Positions 54,174-63,946 of a stretch of DNA of 64,000 nucleotides are shown here, in pieces. The translations under genes were made by a program, and so were the position numbers. This stretch comes from an uncultured Pelagibacteraceae bacterium. Its GTDB lineage: Bacteria; Pseudomonadota; Alphaproteobacteria; Pelagibacterales; Pelagibacteraceae. The DNA lies in contig CACNCB010000003.1 of NCBI GenBank assembly GCA_902618695.1, positions 17,790 to 81,789 of the forward strand. The letters are read 5' to 3'. The notes beneath the pieces were generated by a model. That model saw only the letters and a program-made list of their open reading frames with translations, searched no databases and was not told the DNA's origin. Each line of letters starts with the position of its first letter. Positions within the stretch are counted from its first letter, which is position 1.

Positions 54174-56206
54174 TTAATTCTCTTTTGATATCTAATCCAG
54201 CCAGGACTTCTTGTACCTTCTTCAATTTCAAAATCTTGATTAAATTCAAAATCATCATCATTATTAATTTCTTCATCAAAAAAAGAGTTTTTCTCAATAT
54301 TTTTTTCAGGTAATTCTTCTATAAATCTTGAGGCCATACTGTCTATCCAGTCTCCTTGATAAAATCTATTCATAGAAAAAGATATTATAGCTTTTTTCTT
54401 AGCTCTGGTAATTCCCACATAAGCTAAACGTCTTTCTTCTTCTAAGCCATTTTGACCTTTTTCCTCAATAGATTTTTGATGAGGAAACAAACCCTCTTCC
54501 CAGCCTGGAAGAAAGATAACATCAAACTCTAGTCCTTTAGCAGCATGCATTGTCATCATATTTATTTTTTCACCATCCCATTCTTGATCTACTGAAGTTG
54601 CTAAAGATACATGTTCTAAAAAACTTTCTAAATTATCAAATTCTTTCATGGCACTTAATAATTCTTTAATATTTTCCAATCTATTTTCATTATCTACATC
54701 TTTTTTATTTTTTAACATTGCTGAGTATCCAGACTCGTCTAAGACTATTTGTAATAATTTAATATGGTTTGATTTCATTATTTTTATATCATTTCTCCAT
54801 TTACTTAGAGAATTTATAAATAAATTTAAACCAATTTTAGCTTTCGGTTTAATCAAATTTTGTTCAAGCATTTTTTTAGAGGCTTTTTCTAAATTTAAAT
54901 TGTTTTCTTTTGCAAATTCATGAATATTTTTTAAGGTACTATCTCCTATAGATCTTTTTGGGTTATTAACAATTCTTTCAAAAGCAAGATCATCTTTTTC
55001 CTGGTTAATCAATCTTAGATAAGCTACACAGTCTTTTATTTCAGCTCTTTCATAAAATTTTGTGCCACCTAATATTCTATAAGGCATACCTATTTTAAGG
55101 AAACGTTCTTCAAATTCACGTGTTTGAAAAATAGCTCTTACAAGTATTGCTATGTTATTATAAGAAAATTTTTTTTTAATATTTTTTTCTATTTCGTCTG
55201 AAATTCCAATTGCTTCATCTTTTCCGTTTTTAAAACAGTTTAGTTTAACCAAATCACCTTCGTCCATAGTTGTAATTAATGTTTTACCAACTCTATTTTG
55301 ATTATTAGAAATAAGATTTGAGGCAACTGTTAAAATATTTTGTGAAGATCTATAATTTTGTTCTAATCTAATTACTTTTGTATTTTTATAAACTTGGTCA
55401 AATTCTAAAAAATTTTTAATCTCTGCTCCTCTCCAGCTATAAATCGATTGGTCATCATCCCCAACACAACAAATATTTTTGTTTTTTTCTGCCAATAATT
55501 TAAGCCATTTGCTTTGTATAAAATTAGTATCTTGATATTCATCAACAAGAATATATTTAAAATTTTTTGAATATATTTCTCTAATGTCTGAATTGAATTC
55601 CAAAATTTTAACAGCATGCAATATAAGGTCACCAAAGTCACAAGAGTTTAGGTCAATTAATTTTTTTTGATAAATTTTGTATAGTGGAAGAATTGTTTTT
55701 TCATAAAGATCTTTTTTATTTATTACTACTTCATTTGGATAAAATCCTTTATTTTTCCAACGATCAATTATTGCTAATATAAACCTTGGAGATAATTGTT
55801 TGATGTCAATATTTTCAGCCTTACAAATATTTTTAATAAGTCTGATCTGATCGTCTGTGTCCACTATAGTAAAATTGGAATTAAGATTTGCTGCTGAAGC
55901 ATGTTTTCGCAATAATTTCGCACAAATAGAATGAAATGTGCCTAGCCATGAAAGTCCGACTGCAGTAGATCCAAGTATTTTGCTCACTCTATTTTGCATC
56001 TCTTTAGCAGCTTTATTTGTAAATGTTACTGCCAAGATTTGATTTGGAAATGCCTTTTTTTCTTTAATAATATTAGCAATTCTAGAAGTTAAAACTTTTG
56101 TTTTTCCTGATCCGGCCCCAGCCACAATCAAAAGTGGGCCATCTAGATGAAGAACAGCTTCTTTTTGGGCATCATTTAAATTTCCTAAATAATCTTTGTT
56201 TATCAT
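54170..56206 (-). CDS. uvrD: UvrD/PcrA superfamily 1 helicase
   Basis: AGAGSGKT, VDEYQDTN, GDDDQSIY, NYRS, HAAKGLEF, EEERRLAYVGITRA. Confidence 0.95.
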   Translation of the reverse strand: MINKDYLGNLNDAQKEAVLHLDGPLLIVAGAGSGKTKVLTSRIANIIKEKKAFPNQILAVTFTNKAAKEMQNRVSKILGSTAVGLSWLGTFHSICAKLLRKHASAANLNSNFTIVDTDDQIRLIKNICKAENIDIKQLSPRFILAIIDRWKNKGFYPNEVVINKKDLYEKTILPLYKIYQKKLIDLNSCDFGDLILHAVKILEFNSDIREIYSKNFKYILVDEYQDTNFIQSKWLKLLAEKNKNICCVGDDDQSIYSWRGAEIKNFLEFDQVYKNTKVIRLEQNYRSSQNILTVASNLISNNQNRVGKTLITTMDEGDLVKLNCFKNGKDEAIGISDEIEKNIKKKFSYNNIAILVRAIFQTREFEERFLKIGMPYRILGGTKFYERAEIKDCVAYLRLINQEKDDLAFERIVNNPKRSIGDSTLKNIHEFAKENNLNLEKASKKMLEQNLIKPKAKIGLNLFINSLSKWRNDIKIMKSNHIKLLQIVLDESGYSAMLKNKKDVDNENRLENIKELLSAMKEFDNLESFLEHVSLATSVDQEWDGEKINMMTMHAAKGLEFDVIFLPGWEEGLFPHQKSIEEKGQNGLEEERRLAYVGITRAKKKAIISFSMNRFYQGDWIDSMASRFIEELPEKNIEKNSFFDEEINNDDDFEFNQDFEIEEGTRSPGWIRYQKRIK

Positions 56207-56240
56207 TTAAAATAATCCTTTATAAGATTTCTTGATTGTT

Positions 56241-57731
56241 ATGAGCAAAACAAATTTTTTAGTAAAACATTTAAAAAACATTAATAATTTTATTAATAAT
56301 CTTTTAGAAAAAAATTTAAACAAGTTAAATTTTAAGAATCTAAGCTTTTTATTAAAAAATAATAAAATAATTTTAACTTTTGTCGCACTTTTTGTCATTT
56401 TTATTTCTTATTTATTAATACCCACTTTTTATAATCAAAATGATGTTTCAAAGGAGCTGAAAAATGAGCTTCTACGTAAATTTGATTTAAATTTTAATTT
56501 TTCAAAAAATATAAAATATAATTTTTTTCCCAAACCTCATTTTATAATCACAGATTCTAAAATTCTTGATAATGAAAAAGAAATTTCTAAAATTAGTAAA
56601 TTAAAAATTTTTATTTCATTTGATGATCTTTTTTCTTTAAAAAATATTGGAGTAAAAGATTTAATTTTAGAAAATGCTAATTTCCATTTAAACACAAAAA
56701 ATTATAATTTTTTTATAAAACTACTTGATGAAAATTTCAAAAATGGAAATTTAATAATTAAAAATAGCAATGTTTTTTTTAGAAATTCAGCAGATGAAGT
56801 TTTGTTTATAACCAATATTTTCAAAATGAAATATTATTTTGACTCAAAAGAATTAAAAAATATTTTCTATTCAGAAAATGAAATATTTAATATTCCTTTC
56901 TCAGTGATGTCTTTTTTTAGTAAAAATAATAGGAAAAATTTATCTACAATTAATCTTAATTTAATGAAACTAAATATTGAAAATGAATTGATCTTTGAGA
57001 ATGATAAAAAAGTTGGCAAATCAAAGTTCAATTTTAATAAAACAAAAAGATTTGTAGATTATAAAATTCATAAAAATTCATTTGATTTTCAGATATTTGA
57101 TAAAATTGATCAAACAGATGTAACTTATAAAGGTAAATTTAATTTCAAACCTTTTTATGCAAATTTAGAGGGTAGCTTAGATCAACTTAATATGAATTAT
57201 CTATTTGGCAATAATGCCATTGTAGCTCAACTTCTGAAAACAGAAATATTTAATAATAAAAACATAGATTTTAAACTAAAAATAAATGCAGAAAATGTTT
57301 ACGATAATTTTAATTTTAAAAATATTAAAATAAATTCGAAAATTCAAGAAGGTTTAATCGATACAGATAAGACAAAATTTGAATGGAGAAATATTGCGGA
57401 TTTTGAGTTATCGGAAAGTTTAATTTTTGTGAGAAATGGAGAGTTAGTTTTGGATGGAAAATTAAAAATAAATATTAAAGATTATAATGAGTTGTATAAA
57501 TTTCTTTTAACCCCTAAAAATTATAGAAATAAAATTGATCAAATAGATTTAAATTTTACTTATAATTTTGATCAAAAAATAGCTGCTTTAAATGATATTA
57601 AAGTTGATAACAATATTAATCAGAATATTAATAAAATTTTAAGTAATATAATTATAAAAAAAGACGACTTACAAAACAAAATTTATTTTAAAAACTTATT
57701 AAATGAAGCAATTAGGAGTTATGCAGGATAA
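56241..57731 (+). CDS. hypothetical membrane-anchored beta-rich protein (AsmA-like N-terminus)
   Basis: One TM, then YNFFPKPHFII and alternating beta-strand patterns. Start moved to ATG 56241 (track start 56232). Confidence 0.55.
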   Translation: MSKTNFLVKHLKNINNFINNLLEKNLNKLNFKNLSFLLKNNKIILTFVALFVIFISYLLIPTFYNQNDVSKELKNELLRKFDLNFNFSKNIKYNFFPKPHFIITDSKILDNEKEISKISKLKIFISFDDLFSLKNIGVKDLILENANFHLNTKNYNFFIKLLDENFKNGNLIIKNSNVFFRNSADEVLFITNIFKMKYYFDSKELKNIFYSENEIFNIPFSVMSFFSKNNRKNLSTINLNLMKLNIENELIFENDKKVGKSKFNFNKTKRFVDYKIHKNSFDFQIFDKIDQTDVTYKGKFNFKPFYANLEGSLDQLNMNYLFGNNAIVAQLLKTEIFNNKNIDFKLKINAENVYDNFNFKNIKINSKIQEGLIDTDKTKFEWRNIADFELSESLIFVRNGELVLDGKLKINIKDYNELYKFLLTPKNYRNKIDQIDLNFTYNFDQKIAALNDIKVDNNINQNINKILSNIIIKKDDLQNKIYFKNLLNEAIRSYAG

Positions 57732-59107
57732 ATCATTTTTTTAGGGTTAACTATCCTGTTGTAATCTTTTTCATTAATTAAACCTGTTTTTAAAGACTCA
57801 TATTTGAGAGTTGTATTATTTTTAAGAGCAGTTTTTGCTATCTTTGCAGCATTATCGTAGCCAATATGTGGAGCTAAAGCAGTAACTAGCATCAATGAAT
57901 TATCTAGATGCTGCTGTATTTTTTTCTTGTTAGCTTTTATTCCTTTAACACAATAAAAAGCAAAATTTTTAGTACTATCTGCGATCAAGTCAACTGATTG
58001 TAAAATGTTGTGAGCAATTAAAGGCTTAAAAACATTAAGTTCAAAATGCCCGTGAGATCCTGCCATAGTTATCCCGTTGTGGTTTCCAATAACTTTTACA
58101 CAAACCATTGTTACAGCTTCACATTGCGTCGGGTTAACTTTTCCTGGCATAATAGATGAACCTGGTTCATTTTCGGGTAGAATTAATTCTCCATAACCTG
58201 CTCTTGGACCAGACCCTAAGAAACGAATATCATTAGATATTTTCATTAAAGCAACTGCACACGTATTTAAAGCACCAGAAAAATTTACTATTGCATCATG
58301 AGCAGCAAGTTCAGCAAATTTATTTGGGGCCGGTTTGAATTTAATTTTTGTAAATTTAGCAATTTCTTTTACAATTTTTTTATCAAAATTTTTCTTCGAA
58401 TTTATCCCTGTGCCAACTGCAGTACCTCCTTGGGCAAGAAATAGTATTTCTTTTAAAGCATATTTTATTCTTTCAATACTTTTTTTAATTTGAAAATGAT
58501 ATCCTGAAAACTCTTGTCCAAGAGAAAGTGGAGTAGCATCTTGTAAATGAGTTCTCCCAATTTTAACTATGTTTTTAAATTCATTAGATTTTCTTTTTAG
58601 CTCCTTTTCTAAAATTTTTAAGCTTGGCAGCATTTTGGAAATAGTTTCTTTAGCAACAGAGATATGCATTGCAGTTGGAAACACATCATTTGTAGATTGA
58701 GATTTGTTTACATGATCGTTTGGATGAACTGGCTTTTTTGTACCTTTTTTTCCACCTAAAATTTCTATTGCTCTATTTGCAATTACCTCATTAACGTTCA
58801 TATTTGTTTGTGTACCAGAACCTGTTTGCCAAACTTTTAAAGGAAAATTTTCATCTAACTTACCTTTAATTACTTCGTCAGATGCTTTGATTATTGCTTT
58901 AGAAATATTGTTATCAATTAATTTGTCTTTTGAATGAACTATTGCAGCAGATCTCTTGATAATTGCAATTGATTTAACGATTGAACTATTAACTAAAATT
59001 TTACCTATATTAAAAAATTTATTAGATCTTTGAGTGGATGCACCCCAATATTTATCATTTGGGACATTTATACTTCCAATACTGTCAAATTCTTTTCTTA
59101 ATTTCAT
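57719..59107 (-). CDS. fumC: fumarate hydratase class II
   Basis: WQTGSGT, GRTHLQDA, GSSIMPGKVNP. Confidence 0.98.
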   Translation of the reverse strand: MKLRKEFDSIGSINVPNDKYWGASTQRSNKFFNIGKILVNSSIVKSIAIIKRSAAIVHSKDKLIDNNISKAIIKASDEVIKGKLDENFPLKVWQTGSGTQTNMNVNEVIANRAIEILGGKKGTKKPVHPNDHVNKSQSTNDVFPTAMHISVAKETISKMLPSLKILEKELKRKSNEFKNIVKIGRTHLQDATPLSLGQEFSGYHFQIKKSIERIKYALKEILFLAQGGTAVGTGINSKKNFDKKIVKEIAKFTKIKFKPAPNKFAELAAHDAIVNFSGALNTCAVALMKISNDIRFLGSGPRAGYGELILPENEPGSSIMPGKVNPTQCEAVTMVCVKVIGNHNGITMAGSHGHFELNVFKPLIAHNILQSVDLIADSTKNFAFYCVKGIKANKKKIQQHLDNSLMLVTALAPHIGYDNAAKIAKTALKNNTTLKYESLKTGLINEKDYNRIVNPKKMIYPA

Positions 59108-59174
59108 TGATTAATTTTTAAGTAACAAATAATTATTAACATACATTAATTTTTTAAAAACATACAGGAGCATT

Positions 59175-59546
59175 ATGTCGAATTTTAGAAAAGTAGGTAC
59201 TTTCATGAAAACATTTGGCCAGGAAGTTAAAACCAAACCATCATTTAGCACTGAAAAAATAAATAAATTAAGAATAGATCTTATTAAAGAAGAGTTAGAG
59301 GAACTTACGGAAGCTATGAATAATATGGACTTATTGGAAGTTGCCGATGCGTTGACGGATATATTGTATGTGACTTATGGGGCAGGGCATGCGTTTGGAA
59401 TAGATTTAGACAAATGCTTTAATGAAGTCCAAAATTCAAATATGAGTAAATTAGGTGAAAATGGTAAACCAATTTATAATGAGTCTGGAAAAGTTATGAA
59501 AGGTCCTAACTATTTTAAACCAGATTTATCTAAGTTTGTAAATTAG
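59175..59546 (+). CDS. MazG-like all-alpha NTP pyrophosphohydrolase
   Basis: LIKEELEEL, EVADALTDILYV, V..SNMSK, GKVMKGPNY; Shine-Dalgarno CAGGAG. Confidence 0.8.
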   Translation: MSNFRKVGTFMKTFGQEVKTKPSFSTEKINKLRIDLIKEELEELTEAMNNMDLLEVADALTDILYVTYGAGHAFGIDLDKCFNEVQNSNMSKLGENGKPIYNESGKVMKGPNYFKPDLSKFVN

Positions 59547-60376
59547 ATTTCTAATTTAAAGTCTACCGCACGAGCACTGTGTGTAATACTACCAACAGAA
59601 ATTCTATCAACACCAGTAGAGGCAATTGCTTTAACAGTTTTTAGGCTAACATTTCCAGAGGCTTCAGTCTCATAATACTTTTTAGCAATCTTAACACTAT
59701 CTCTCAAATTTTTAATATTCATATTATCAAATAGAATAGTATTAAATTTTAGACCTAAAATTGATTTAAGTTGTTTGATTGTATCCACCTCAACTGTAAT
59801 TTTTTTTCCTTTTTTATTTTTAATAGCTTTTAGAACTAAATATTTTATATCTGAGCTAGCAATATGGTTATCTTTAATTAAATATTCATCGCTTAAATTA
59901 AATCTATGATTTGTACCGCCTCCTAATTTAACGGCATATTTTTGGATGACTCTTAAATTAGGAATTGTCTTTCTTGTGCAACAAATTTTAGTTTTTTTAC
60001 CTGCTAATTTAACAAACTCATTTGTTTTAGTTGCTATTCCAGAAATATGAGACAAAAAATTTAAAGCTACTCTTTCAGCGATTAGAATATTTTTTGCATT
60101 ACCTTTAATTAATGCTACTAAATCACCTTTTTTAACTGTAGAACCATCTTTTTTCTTAATAATAAATTTTATTTTATTATCAATTAATGCAAAAGCTTGA
60201 TTAGCAAATATCAATCCTCCAACAATTGCATTTTGATTTGATATTAATTTAATTGTAACTACTTTTTCATCATTAATTAAACTTGAAGTGATATCTCCTG
60301 AAGGATAAAGATCTTCATTCAATGCAAGCTTAACTGTACTTTTAATAAATTCTTTGCTTAATTTAATTTTTGACAC
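59543..60376 (-). CDS. nadC: quinolinate phosphoribosyltransferase
   Basis: GDITS, ER.ALN, TRKT.P, HR..LSD..LIKDNH, EASG. Confidence 0.96.
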   Translation of the reverse strand: MSKIKLSKEFIKSTVKLALNEDLYPSGDITSSLINDEKVVTIKLISNQNAIVGGLIFANQAFALIDNKIKFIIKKKDGSTVKKGDLVALIKGNAKNILIAERVALNFLSHISGIATKTNEFVKLAGKKTKICCTRKTIPNLRVIQKYAVKLGGGTNHRFNLSDEYLIKDNHIASSDIKYLVLKAIKNKKGKKITVEVDTIKQLKSILGLKFNTILFDNMNIKNLRDSVKIAKKYYETEASGNVSLKTVKAIASTGVDRISVGSITHSARAVDFKLEI

Positions 60377-60380
60377 TTAA

Positions 60381-61370
60381 TTATCTGCCAATGGCTGCCA
60401 TTCTTTCTACAGATATTCTGGCTTTATCAATAGTTTCTTTGTCCATAATTATTTCACCAGTTTCATTCTCAAGACAATCTAATATCTTTGGAAGTGTAAT
60501 TTTTTTCATGTGAGGGCACATATTACATGGTTTAACAAAGTCTACATTTGGATTTTCTATCTGGATATTGTCACTCATTGAGCACTCAGTGACCATCATT
60601 ACTTTTTTTGGTTGATTATCTTTTACATATTTTATCATTCCAGATGTTGATCCAGCGAAATCACTTGCTTCAATTACATCAGGTGGGCACTCTGGGTGTG
60701 CTATAATTTTTATCCCTGGATTATTTTTTCTAATGTCGTCTATTTCTTTTTTATTAAATTGATCATGAACAATGCAAATTCCTTTCCAAGAAATAATTTC
60801 AACATCTGTCTGAGAAGCTACATATTTAGCTAAATAATCATCAGGTAAAAATATTACTCTTTTTACCCCAAGTGATTTAACTATTTTGACTGCATTGGCA
60901 GAAGTACAACAAACATCTGTTTCTGCTTTAACCTCTGCTGATGTGTTGACATAAGACACAACAGGAACGCCTGGGTATTTTTCTTTCAATAGTCTTACAT
61001 CTTTACCTGTAATAGATGATGACAAAGAACAGCCAGCATCCATATCAGGAAGAATAACTTTTTTATCAGGGCTCATTAATTTTGCAGTTTCTGCCATGAA
61101 ATGTACCCCAGCCATTAAAATAATATCAGCTGAAGTTTTTGAAGCTTCAATTGCTAATGCTAAAGAGTCTGCAGAAAAATCAGCTACACCATGATAAATT
61201 TCTGGTGTTTGATAATTGTGTGCAAGAATTACAGCATTTTTTTCTTTTTTTAATTTATTTATTTTATGAATATACGGAGCATGCACTGACCATTCAATTT
61301 CAGGCATAACCTTAGAAATCTTTTGATAAATAGGATCTGTTGCTTTACGTACTTCTTGTGTAAATTCCAT
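60381..61370 (-). CDS. nadA: quinolinate synthase A
   Basis: LAHNYQ, GVHFMAE, AGCSL, YVNTSA, AHPEC, CPHMK. Likely start ATG 61370 (track start 61385). Confidence 0.96.
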   Translation of the reverse strand: MEFTQEVRKATDPIYQKISKVMPEIEWSVHAPYIHKINKLKKEKNAVILAHNYQTPEIYHGVADFSADSLALAIEASKTSADIILMAGVHFMAETAKLMSPDKKVILPDMDAGCSLSSSITGKDVRLLKEKYPGVPVVSYVNTSAEVKAETDVCCTSANAVKIVKSLGVKRVIFLPDDYLAKYVASQTDVEIISWKGICIVHDQFNKKEIDDIRKNNPGIKIIAHPECPPDVIEASDFAGSTSGMIKYVKDNQPKKVMMVTECSMSDNIQIENPNVDFVKPCNMCPHMKKITLPKILDCLENETGEIIMDKETIDKARISVERMAAIGR

Positions 61371-61425
61371 GGGGATTTTTACCAATTTGAAACATGATTG
61401 TCATTCATTTATTATGGGACATATC

Positions 61426-61511
61426 GCGGTCGTGCTGAAATTGGTAGACAGGCACGGTTGAGGGCCGTGTGGACCTAGTCCATGAGAGTTCGAGTCTCTC
61501 CGACCGCACCA
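61426..61511 (+). tRNA. tRNA-Leu(GAG)
   Basis: Acceptor GCGGTCG/CGACCGC, CACGG-TTGAGGG-CCGTG, long variable arm TGGAC/GTCCA, GTTCGAGTC, CCA. Confidence 0.95.
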
Positions 61512-61537
61512 AAGTGAATTTTATAGAGGAGTTTTTG

Positions 61538-61699
61538 ATGGATAAATTGCTTTCAGTAATATTTATGATTGGAGTTTTACTTTTAGTTCTACCAAGTTTT
61601 TTACAATCAAATTCTCAATTAAAGCAATTTCTTAAAAATCTCAGTATATGGATTATTGTAGTTTTTATTATTTTAATGATTTTTTATTTATTTAAATAA
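61538..61699 (+). CDS. 53-aa hypothetical two-TM membrane protein
   Basis: Shine-Dalgarno GAGGAG ending 6 nt upstream of ATG 61538; MDKLLSVIFMIGVLLLVLP...LSIWIIVVFIILMIFYLFK. Confidence 0.7.
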   Translation: MDKLLSVIFMIGVLLLVLPSFLQSNSQLKQFLKNLSIWIIVVFIILMIFYLFK

Positions 61700-61704
61700 G
61701 AAAA

Positions 61705-62595
61705 TTAGTTTTTTATCCAATCAGGTTTATTAATGTTTATTGAACTTTCTTTAGTTTTAAAATTTGCTTTTTCATTAAAGTTTTCGTTTAGGTATTTTAC
61801 CAAAGCAAAAGGGTAGTCGCCATCAATTAAAACCTTACCTATTTCAATTTCATTATTATAAATACTTTCCCCTTCGTGTAGTTTTCCATTAATTACATTT
61901 ATTGGAAATAATCTTTTTGAAAGCTTGTTCTTTAATTTAATTCGCGCTGTATTTTCTTGGCCAACATAACAGCCTTTTTTGAAATCAATTCCATTTAATT
62001 CCTCAAAATTACACTCAATACCAAACAATTTGTCTTTCAATTTATTTAAATCTTTTGGAACTATTCCAAGCCCATGACTTAATGAATAATATTCTTTAAG
62101 ATCAGCATCATGAAGATCTAGTTTTTTTAAAGATAAATAAAGTTTTTCTAAATTAATAATTAATCTGGCACCTAAATTCTTATTTCTTGGATCTAAAAAA
62201 ATTGGATCTTCTTTATATTTAATTGTACATCCAGGTCGATCTTTTGCTGTATCAAAAGTTAAGAATTTTTCATGAGAAAATGCTGCTACAACAAATTCAT
62301 TACTTAAATTAAGAATTTCAACTCTTGATCTTAACTTATACAGGGATAATTGTTTGAATAACTCCTCTACCTGAGGTTTTTCGCAATCCAAAAGATATCC
62401 AGACTTATGTTTTACAATTATAAACTCATATAAAAATTTACCTTGGGGTGTAAGTAATGAACTAAAACAGCTATTTACATCACTTACTTTGTTTATATCG
62501 TTACTAATAAGATTTTGAAGAAACTCTTTTGCATCTTCTCCATTAATATAAAGAATTGCTCTGTCACCTAAAATGTAAACGTTTTTGATATTCAT
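61705..62595 (-). CDS. ygfZ: folate-binding Fe-S/tRNA-modification protein
   Basis: FLQ.LISNDI, LTPQGK, KGCYVGQE signature. Confidence 0.93.
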   Translation of the reverse strand: MNIKNVYILGDRAILYINGEDAKEFLQNLISNDINKVSDVNSCFSSLLTPQGKFLYEFIIVKHKSGYLLDCEKPQVEELFKQLSLYKLRSRVEILNLSNEFVVAAFSHEKFLTFDTAKDRPGCTIKYKEDPIFLDPRNKNLGARLIINLEKLYLSLKKLDLHDADLKEYYSLSHGLGIVPKDLNKLKDKLFGIECNFEELNGIDFKKGCYVGQENTARIKLKNKLSKRLFPINVINGKLHEGESIYNNEIEIGKVLIDGDYPFALVKYLNENFNEKANFKTKESSININKPDWIKN

Positions 62596-62638
62596 AATTG
62601 ATTAATTATAAAATGTAATATAATAACAATTTCTCGAA

Positions 62639-63946
62639 ATGTTAGATCTTATAATTAAAAACGGACAATGTTACGTCGATGGTGAGTTAAAAGATGTTGA
62701 TGTTGCTATAAAAGATGGAAAAATTCAACAGATTGGTCAAATTTCAGAAGATGCAAATGAGACAATTAATGCAGAGGGTCATACAGTATTACCTGGTTGT
62801 ATAGATACTCAAACACACTTTAGGGAGCCAGGATCAACAGATACTGAGGATCTTCATTCAGGTAGTAGAGCGGCAATAGCGGGAGGAATAACCAGTGTAT
62901 TTGAAATGCCTAATACTAATCCGCCAACTTCAAATATGAAAGAATTTCAAAGAAAACTAGATCTCGCTAAAAATAGAATGTATTCCAATTATGCTTTTTA
63001 TTTTGGAGCAACAGCAGACAATGCAGATGATTTAGCAAGTCTAGAAGGTTTAGAAGGTTGTTGTGGAATTAAACTTTTTGCAGGGTCATCAACTGGTAAT
63101 TTATTGGTTGCTGAAGAAGGCGATATAGATAAAGTTTTTCAAAACGCCTCTAAAGTTGTTGCAGTTCATTCTGAAGATGAGGCAATCTTAAATGCAAACA
63201 AGAAATTAATAAAGGAGGGCGATGTTCATTCCCATCCAGTATGGAGAAGTGCAGAATGTGCAATAGCATCTACAAGACGAATTGTTCGAATTGCAGAAAA
63301 GCACAACAAGAAAGCTCATGTACTTCATATTACAACAAAAGAAGAAATTGATTTTCTATCACAACATAAAGGAAACATTACATTTGAGATTACTCCCCAA
63401 CATTTAACTCTTTATGCTCCAGATTGTTATGACAAGCTTGGAACTTATGCTCAGATGAATCCACCATTAAGAGATAAATCTCATTATGATAGATTATGGT
63501 ATGGAGTGAGAAATAATTTCAATGATACGATTGGGTCAGATCATGCTCCTCATTTAAAAGAAAATAAAGATAAAGTATATCCAAATACTCCTTCAGGAAT
63601 GCCAGGAGTTCAAACTTTGATGCCCGTAATGTTAAATCATATTAATGATGGAAAATTATCTCTTAACCAATTGATGAATTTTGTTTGTGAAAATCCAGTA
63701 AAGATTTTTGGAATTAAAAATAAAGGATTTATTAAAAAGGGTTATGATGCAGATTTTACTATTGTAGATATGAACAAAACTATTGAAATTAAGAATGAAA
63801 ATATTGAAAGCAAATGTAAATGGTCACCATTTCATGGATTTAAATTTAAAGGAACGCCTACCCACACCATTATTGCTGGAAGAATTAAAATGCAAGACGG
63901 AAAAATTTTAGGTGATCCTGATGGAGCCCCTCTACAGTTTAGCTAA
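62639..63946 (+). CDS. pyrC: dihydroorotase (amidohydrolase superfamily)
   Basis: PG.ID.QTHFREPG, EMPNT.P, GIKLF, HSED, MNPPLR, SDHAPH. Confidence 0.85.
   Translation: MLDLIIKNGQCYVDGELKDVDVAIKDGKIQQIGQISEDANETINAEGHTVLPGCIDTQTHFREPGSTDTEDLHSGSRAAIAGGITSVFEMPNTNPPTSNMKEFQRKLDLAKNRMYSNYAFYFGATADNADDLASLEGLEGCCGIKLFAGSSTGNLLVAEEGDIDKVFQNASKVVAVHSEDEAILNANKKLIKEGDVHSHPVWRSAECAIASTRRIVRIAEKHNKKAHVLHITTKEEIDFLSQHKGNITFEITPQHLTLYAPDCYDKLGTYAQMNPPLRDKSHYDRLWYGVRNNFNDTIGSDHAPHLKENKDKVYPNTPSGMPGVQTLMPVMLNHINDGKLSLNQLMNFVCENPVKIFGIKNKGFIKKGYDADFTIVDMNKTIEIKNENIESKCKWSPFHGFKFKGTPTHTIIAGRIKMQDGKILGDPDGAPLQFS

Noticed and set aside
61371-61425. Possible riboswitch or leader RNA upstream of nadA
   Set aside because: Only about 55 bp, shared with the tRNA-Leu promoter, and no structured element is visible.
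61469-61537. N-terminal extension of the 76-aa ORF in the track
   Set aside because: Overlaps tRNA-Leu; the Shine-Dalgarno-supported start is ATG 61538.
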